A stretch of 17,711 nucleotides of DNA from Patescibacteria group bacterium (lineage in GTDB: Bacteria > Patescibacteriota > Minisyncoccia > Minisyncoccales > 2-12-FULL-40-12). The notes under the pieces were generated by a model, which saw only the letters and a list, made by a program, of their open reading frames with translations, was not told the origin of the DNA and ran no database searches. Shown here in pieces: positions 13,694 to 17,711 of this stretch (position 1 is the first letter of the stretch; every line of letters begins with the position of its first letter). The translations under genes were made by a program, and so were the position numbers. The stretch covers positions 5,621-23,331 of the forward strand of contig JBBTXV010000018.1 in assembly GCA_038062035.1 (NCBI GenBank), read 5' to 3'.

Positions 13694-15144
13694 TTCAATT
13701 CTTGGGAGATGCCATTTTAGGTGCCATCTTTCTTGTGCCGGCGATTTTAACCGCTCTACTTATAAGTCTTAGCCAGGCTGCAGCTTTTTTAATGGGGATT
13801 ATCTTAGATTGGATTATTAGCCCTAACTTTACCTCTTATAGCTACACCAAACCCTGCAATCCCCCTGACAGAATAGTCGGAGATTGTAATCCAGTTGTCG
13901 GAATAGGATTAAATATCACTCAAGGCTTTGTAAACTTACTCTTAGTAGTAGTTCTGGTTTATGTTGCTATTTCCATAGCTTTAAGATTAGGAGGGGAAAC
14001 TAATGCGAAAAAGATATTCGTCAATCTAATCATCGTTGCTTTATTGGTGAATTTTGCTCCGGTTCTCATTGGCTTGATCGTGGATGCTACTAATATTGTG
14101 ATGAACTTTTTCTTTTCTTCTATCCAAGGGGGAGCAGCTGGAATATTAAATCAGGGCGCAACAATTTTTGATACGGTAAAAGGCGCTGTACTAGCCTCGG
14201 GAGCAGGATTCAAAGATAGACTGGGATTATTAGCAGCTGGAGCTTTCACAGTAAGCCTCAACCTCTTTATTGCTTTTATCTTTTTGATTTTTGCCGGGCT
14301 CTTCGTTTTCAGATATATTGCCATCTGGATCTTAGTAATCTTATCCCCAATCGCCCTTGTCCTTTGGGTCTTACCCGGCAAGCCAAGACAGTTCTGGAAT
14401 ATGTGGTGGAATAATCTTATCCAATGGTCAATTATTGGAATCCCAATTTCTTTCTTTCTATATTTAGCGCTTGCAAGTTTCAGCGCCATTAATAGATCTT
14501 TCCTAGGACGAATAGAACAATCTTCGGGTATTTTTCCGGCCGCTGATTTAACCTTCGTTGACCGACTCATTCCCTATGCTGTAGTAAGTGCTTTTCTTGG
14601 TATGGGATTTTTAGTGAGCTTGGCAACCTCAGCCATGGGCGCTAACGCCATTATTGCCGGAGGTATGGCAAGCGGTAAATTTACACGCGATAGAGCTTGG
14701 GGGGGAACAAAAAGGGCTAGTAGGGCCACATGGCGAGGAACTAGAAACGCAGGAAGCCAAGTTATGGGTCGTTATGCGGCGGGAAGACAAGCCGGCCAAG
14801 GAAGAATCGGAGCTTTTGGTCGAGCAGTAGGGGGAGCAACTGGAGCAGGAGTACGCCAAGTAGGAAGCACAGTAGCAGGCTGGGCAAGCGTCAGAAGCCA
14901 ATATAGAACAGCGAGACAAGCTGGCGTTGGAAAAATACGGTCAGTATTTATGACAGCACCAGCCAGATCAGCTGCTGGTGCTGCTAAGGGTGTAACTTCT
15001 TTCCTTGGCGGTATGGCAGGCGCATGGGTACAAGGAGCTACCAAGAAGAAGGGTAAAGCGAAAGGAAAAGCATTCTGTAGTACTTGTGGAGCTACTGCTC
15101 CATCGGGATCGAATTTCTGTCAAAGTTGTGGATCGCCAATTTAA
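13690..15144 (+). CDS. Polytopic VirB6/TrbL-like membrane protein with a Gly/Ala/Arg-rich low-complexity tail and a C-terminal zinc ribbon
   Basis: There are ~8 hydrophobic helices across aa 1-330, including YIAIWILVILSPIALVLWVLPG. One extracytoplasmic loop contains a Cys pair (KPCNPPDRIVGDCNP). The tail (aa ~330-455) is rich in G/A/R/T with repeated RxAG and GAxG. The final 22 aa read CSTCGATAPSGSNFCQSCG (CxxC-x10-CxxC). The GC-rich DNA at 14640-15060 matches the tail. Confidence 0.75.
   Translation: MIQFLGDAILGAIFLVPAILTALLISLSQAAAFLMGIILDWIISPNFTSYSYTKPCNPPDRIVGDCNPVVGIGLNITQGFVNLLLVVVLVYVAISIALRLGGETNAKKIFVNLIIVALLVNFAPVLIGLIVDATNIVMNFFFSSIQGGAAGILNQGATIFDTVKGAVLASGAGFKDRLGLLAAGAFTVSLNLFIAFIFLIFAGLFVFRYIAIWILVILSPIALVLWVLPGKPRQFWNMWWNNLIQWSIIGIPISFFLYLALASFSAINRSFLGRIEQSSGIFPAADLTFVDRLIPYAVVSAFLGMGFLVSLATSAMGANAIIAGGMASGKFTRDRAWGGTKRASRATWRGTRNAGSQVMGRYAAGRQAGQGRIGAFGRAVGGATGAGVRQVGSTVAGWASVRSQYRTARQAGVGKIRSVFMTAPARSAAGAAKGVTSFLGGMAGAWVQGATKKKGKAKGKAFCSTCGATAPSGSNFCQSCGSPI
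15073..15141 (+). other. C-terminal zinc-ribbon (CxxC-x10-CxxC) of the VirB6-like protein
   Basis: FCSTCGATAPSGSNFCQSCGSPI is a canonical short zinc-ribbon spacing. Confidence 0.6.
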
Positions 15145-15170
15145 AAATTTAACGCTTTACAAAAATTAGT

Positions 15171-15605
15171 ATGATGGAAGATTTTAAATCTGAGGTTGAA
15201 AAAATAAAAGAGCAGTACCCGGAATTTTTTGAAAAGGTTGATCCCGAACTCTTGAAGTTTATTACCTCTGAAAAATTTTTATTTGATGTCGCTCAAATCT
15301 GTTTGGATAATGGAATAACAGACGAGGAGCAAACGGAAAAAATTACTTATAGGGTCGCCTTGGCTTTATTCGGAGAGGTGCCCAAAGAAAATTTAGCCCA
15401 GATTCTTGAACTCGGAGCCGGATTGGATCCTCAAACTGCTAAGGCAATGCATCTTGAGTTCAACCGACTTATTTTTTCTCAACTGAAAGAACCGAAAAAA
15501 AGACCGGAGGTTAAAATGGAATTTTCTCCGGGCTTATTAGAAGAGACCGAAATAGAAAGCGAAAAACCTAAAAGAAAAGATATCTATCACGAGCAGATAC
15601 AATAA
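15171..15605 (+). CDS. Small acidic hypothetical protein (144 aa), probably cytoplasmic
   Basis: It is an intact ORF with a clean start and stop, no TM helix and no motif I recognise. A hairpin terminator follows it. Confidence 0.55.
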   Translation: MMEDFKSEVEKIKEQYPEFFEKVDPELLKFITSEKFLFDVAQICLDNGITDEEQTEKITYRVALALFGEVPKENLAQILELGAGLDPQTAKAMHLEFNRLIFSQLKEPKKRPEVKMEFSPGLLEETEIESEKPKRKDIYHEQIQ

Positions 15606-15619
15606 ACAAAAATAAAGAA

Positions 15620-15645
15620 GGAACGGTAAAACCGTTCCTTTTTTC
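15620..15645. terminator. Bidirectional rho-independent terminator between convergent genes
   Basis: The hairpin is GGAACGG-TAAAA-CCGTTCC (7-bp perfect stem) followed by TTTTTT on the plus strand. The minus strand reads the same stem followed by TTCTTTATTTTT. Confidence 0.65.
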
Positions 15646-15672
15646 AATGAATTCAATGAATTCAACGAATCA
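15642..15672. repeat. Short tandem repeat, about 3 copies of TTCAATGAA / TTCAACGAA
   Basis: The sequence ttcaatgaattcaatgaattcaacgaatcaacc was read directly. It overlaps the stop and last codons of the minus-strand SPFH gene. Confidence 0.4.
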
Positions 15673-16954
15673 ACCAGTAAATCATTGAACCAACCATGGA
15701 AAATATCGCCAGAAGACCTAAGGCCTTCTTACCCAAACTAACATCCTCTTCCGGGTTCGGTATTATCGCCGGGTATCTTGACTTTACTTTTCTTACTGGC
15801 GGAACTTGATCTTCAAGATGCTCTTGCGAGCTTGCTCCTCCTCCTGAAGACTCGTCTTTCTTCTCCGCCGCCTCGGATGATTTTTGCTCTGGCGTCACTC
15901 CTTCACCAACCGGTGGCATTCCTTTATAAGCAGCAATGATCTTCAAGATACCAGCGAGGACTCCGCCATCGCCTCCTTCAGCTCCCGGAGTTTCGATCCT
16001 CAGATAGGATTTTGACTCCATCGAAAGCTTACTCATTGTGCTATCTATTATAACTTTATGCCTCCGGTAGAACTCTTCGGGGCTTGCTTGAAGCTCCTTC
16101 TTAACTTGCTCTGGGGATTTACCTGCACTAGCCACAGATGCAATAACTGTCCCCATTATTTCTTCGGCCCTACCAGCCGCTATTAACTCTTGCTTTCTTT
16201 TAGCTGAAGCCGCCCTCTGATAATCTTCGGACAGATCAACCTCTTGAATCTCAATGCCCTTATCTGCTAATTTCATCCCCCACTTTTGTAAGGTTTCTTC
16301 AATCACCTTAGCTCCAGTTAAAAGACCCTCTTGGTTTTCTGCCCAAAGAGATGCGCCTTTAAGCTTAAGAAGCGTATCAAGGTCACGACTAGTGACAATT
16401 GAACGCATCTCTGCCTTTATTTTGGCGAGAACATCTTCAATTGGGGTCGGAGGAGCAATAAATAAAAAAGAATACGGATTGTCGATCCTTAACGTGATTA
16501 AAACCAAAACGTCCACTGGGATTCTTTCTGGCGGTGCGGTTTCAACAGCCGTAAGCTTAATCGCGTAAACCGCTGATTTCAAGAGAACGTGCCTCATCCT
16601 TAGTTCCTCATGAAACTCAGGGTTTGTATCACCGCTTTCTCTTAAACGAATATCGGTCCAGCGGTTCTTGTACTGGTGGATCGCATGAAATGGCCAAATG
16701 CCATACAAATACAATCCTCCAACAATACGCAAGCCCGTCCAAACTTCGTCTCTCTCCCTACGATCGGGGTCTTCTTCGTCAGTTAAAATCTTCCAACTAT
16801 GATCCATCCAGTGCTTTTCCCACGAAAAAAGGATCTTTTTGAACTTTCCGAAAGACACTACTGCCTTTGCGGTTCCTTCGTTAACCGTGGTAAAACATCT
16901 AATAAACCAGAAAAAAAACGCTAACGATATTCCGAGCGTTATCAGCCATTCCAT
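15662..16954 (-). CDS. SPFH / band-7 (stomatin-prohibitin-flotillin-HflK/C) domain membrane protein with both N- and C-terminal TM segments
   Basis: The N-terminal TM is followed by VNEGTAKAVVSFGKF, which is the typical SPFH domain entry. A long helical Ala/Glu/Lys-rich segment follows (YQRAASAKRKQELIAAGRAEE). The C-terminal hydrophobic segment is GLLAIFSMVGSMIYWLI. The RBS is GAGGTG, 7 nt before the ATG. Confidence 0.75.
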   Translation of the reverse strand: MEWLITLGISLAFFFWFIRCFTTVNEGTAKAVVSFGKFKKILFSWEKHWMDHSWKILTDEEDPDRRERDEVWTGLRIVGGLYLYGIWPFHAIHQYKNRWTDIRLRESGDTNPEFHEELRMRHVLLKSAVYAIKLTAVETAPPERIPVDVLVLITLRIDNPYSFLFIAPPTPIEDVLAKIKAEMRSIVTSRDLDTLLKLKGASLWAENQEGLLTGAKVIEETLQKWGMKLADKGIEIQEVDLSEDYQRAASAKRKQELIAAGRAEEIMGTVIASVASAGKSPEQVKKELQASPEEFYRRHKVIIDSTMSKLSMESKSYLRIETPGAEGGDGGVLAGILKIIAAYKGMPPVGEGVTPEQKSSEAAEKKDESSGGGASSQEHLEDQVPPVRKVKSRYPAIIPNPEEDVSLGKKALGLLAIFSMVGSMIYWLIR

Positions 16955-16957
16955 TTC

Positions 16958-17031
16958 TTTTCACCTCTTCTGTAGATTTTCAGTTCTCAAGGAACTATTA
17001 AAAATATATCATCTATTGAAATCTTTGTCAA
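16958..17031 (-). promoter_or_regulatory. Promoter/leader cassette copy 1 for the SPFH gene, read on the minus strand: -35 TTGACA, 17-bp spacer, extended -10 TGaTATATT, a short leader with a 5-bp hairpin, SD GAGGTG
   Basis: The minus-strand sequence is TTGACAaagatttcaatagaTGaTATATTtttaatAGTTCcttgaGAACTgaaaatctacagaaGAGGTGaaaagaaATG. Copy 2 at 17371-17444 is identical. Confidence 0.6.
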
Positions 17032-17107
17032 GCTTAGAAAATAAAGAGCGCGCTCGAAACGAAACGCGCTATTAACTTTCCAATTTGTATCACCTCTTAT
17101 TTTAAAA

Positions 17108-17368
17108 CTAATCTCTCTGGACCACACAAATGTCGTAATCAATTTTTCTCTCCTTACCATCTATCACAGTTTGAATCAATTCGGTCGAAGGATTTGCATC
17201 GCGCAATAAAATCTTCTCCGTTTTGCATCTTAGACAAATAAGGCGAATAAATAGACTGTCTTCAGTGATCTTTATTCTTCCCCCTATGCATTCTCGATGA
17301 AACATCTCTAAATCTTTAAAGCTAAATTCTTCATCTTTACTCTTTTTCCTCACTTCGATCGTGAACAT
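17108..17368 (-). CDS. Small hypothetical protein (~86 aa from the ATG at 17366-17368; the track's 89-aa version starts at a GTG inside the SD) with 5 Cys including a CLRC pair
   Basis: GAGGTG lies 6 nt upstream of the ATG (MFTIEV...), so the GTG at 17375-17377 is more likely part of the RBS. There is no TM helix. It is driven by the duplicated promoter cassette. Confidence 0.5.
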   Translation of the reverse strand: MFTIEVRKKSKDEEFSFKDLEMFHRECIGGRIKITEDSLFIRLICLRCKTEKILLRDANPSTELIQTVIDGKERKIDYDICVVQRD

Positions 17369-17370
17369 CT

Positions 17371-17444
17371 TTTTCACCTCTTCTGTAGATTTTCAGTTCT
17401 CAAGGAACTATTAAAAATATATCATCTATTGAAATCTTTGTCAA
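17371..17444 (-). promoter_or_regulatory. Promoter/leader cassette copy 2, identical to 16958-17031, driving the small Cys-containing protein
   Basis: There is a 74/74 identity with copy 1 at an offset of 413 bp. The -35/-10/hairpin/SD layout is the same. Confidence 0.6.
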
Positions 17445-17469
17445 ATTTCTGTGGATCTTTGAATTTTAT

Positions 17470-17497
17470 TTGTTGCTTCTTCCTGTTATGTTATAAT
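17470..17497 (+). promoter_or_regulatory. Putative plus-strand promoter for the PrgI-like gene: TTGTTG -35, 16-bp spacer, extended -10 TGtTATAAT
   Basis: ttgttgcttcttcctgttaTGtTATAAT lies ~24 nt before the ATG at 17522. Confidence 0.4.
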
Positions 17498-17521
17498 AAG
17501 TGGAAGAAAAATAACTCCGGT

Positions 17522-17711
17522 ATGAATTTTCAGATTCCCCAATTTATTGAACAAGAAGCAAAAATTTTAGGGCCTTTTACTTTCAAACAAACTCTTTGGG
17601 TAGTCGGGGTCGGGATAATTATATTTTTTCTTTATTATTCTTTAGCCAAAACAAACCCTGTTCTTTTTATCATTATAACGGTATTTTTGGCTGGGACTGG
17701 CTCAGCTTTTG
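17522..17711 (+). CDS. PrgI-family (VirB3-like) small membrane protein, 3'-partial; it runs off the window
   Basis: MNFQIPQFIEQEAKILGPFTFKQTLWVVGVGIIIFFLYYSLAKTNPVLFIIITVFLAGTG matches the conserved PrgI N-terminus (a short amphipathic start, GPFTFKQ, then two TM helices). In monoderm conjugation systems PrgI precedes the VirB4-like ATPase. Confidence 0.55.
   Translation, partial: MNFQIPQFIEQEAKILGPFTFKQTLWVVGVGIIIFFLYYSLAKTNPVLFIIITVFLAGTGSAF

Noticed and set aside
14151-15044. Three minus-strand ORFs (14151-14570, 14629-14919, 14772-15044) rich in Ala/Pro/Ser/Cys
   Set aside because: They lie antisense to the VirB6-like gene, exactly over its GC-rich Gly/Ala/Arg-coding tail. Open frames on all strands are expected from GC-rich low-complexity DNA. 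They have no starts with an RBS and no independent signal.
16254-17075. Plus-strand ORFs 16254-16568, 16624-16842 and 16839-17075 overlapping the SPFH gene and its promoter
   Set aside because: They are antisense or out of frame to a recognisable SPFH domain CDS. The last one spans the promoter cassette, and none has a signal of its own.
17369-17377. GTG start (MKKMFTIEV) for the small minus-strand protein
   Set aside because: The GTG is part of a GAGGTG Shine-Dalgarno that sits 6 nt before an in-frame ATG. The same GAGGTG-N7-ATG arrangement is used by the SPFH gene in the duplicated cassette.
1-17711. CRISPR arrays, IS elements, integrases or phage genes
   Set aside because: There are no regularly spaced direct repeats with unique spacers, no transposase or integrase-like ORFs and no terminal inverted repeats. 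The only repeats are the in-gene coiled-coil duplication, the 74-bp promoter duplication and a 9-bp microsatellite.

Overview
The window is AT-rich (roughly mid-30s % GC), tightly packed, uses TTG/GTG starts and mostly weak or absent Shine-Dalgarno sequences, and encodes K/E-rich proteins. That is the signature of a small-genome, probably CPR/Patescibacteria-type bacterium, which is an inference from composition only. Plus strand, 1-4406: a 5'-truncated E/K-rich coiled-coil membrane protein, a TraR/DksA C4 zinc-finger protein and a YifB/ComM AAA+ Mg-chelatase-like ATPase, apparently forming one operon. Minus strand, 4408-5553: a LysM-containing M23 metallopeptidase. Plus strand, 5792-15144: rsmA/ksgA, followed without gaps by four genes. 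These four are a signal-peptide plus VirB2/TrbC-like pilin hairpin fused to a Cys-rich ectodomain and a C-terminal C39-like papain-fold peptidase; a 1024-aa Cys/Pro-rich surface protein; a second pilin-hairpin plus Cys-rich protein; and a polytopic VirB6/TrbL-like membrane protein with a Gly/Ala/Arg tail and a C-terminal zinc ribbon. After a small acidic protein and a bidirectional terminator come two minus-strand genes, an SPFH/band-7 protein and an ~86-aa protein. Both are driven by an identical duplicated ~74-bp promoter/leader cassette. A PrgI (VirB3-like) family gene starts at 17522 and runs off the window. The main finding is what looks like a type-IV-secretion/conjugation-like, monoderm-style surface apparatus whose pilin-like modules are fused to large cysteine-rich extracellular domains. 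All functional calls come from motif recognition by eye; no searches were run.
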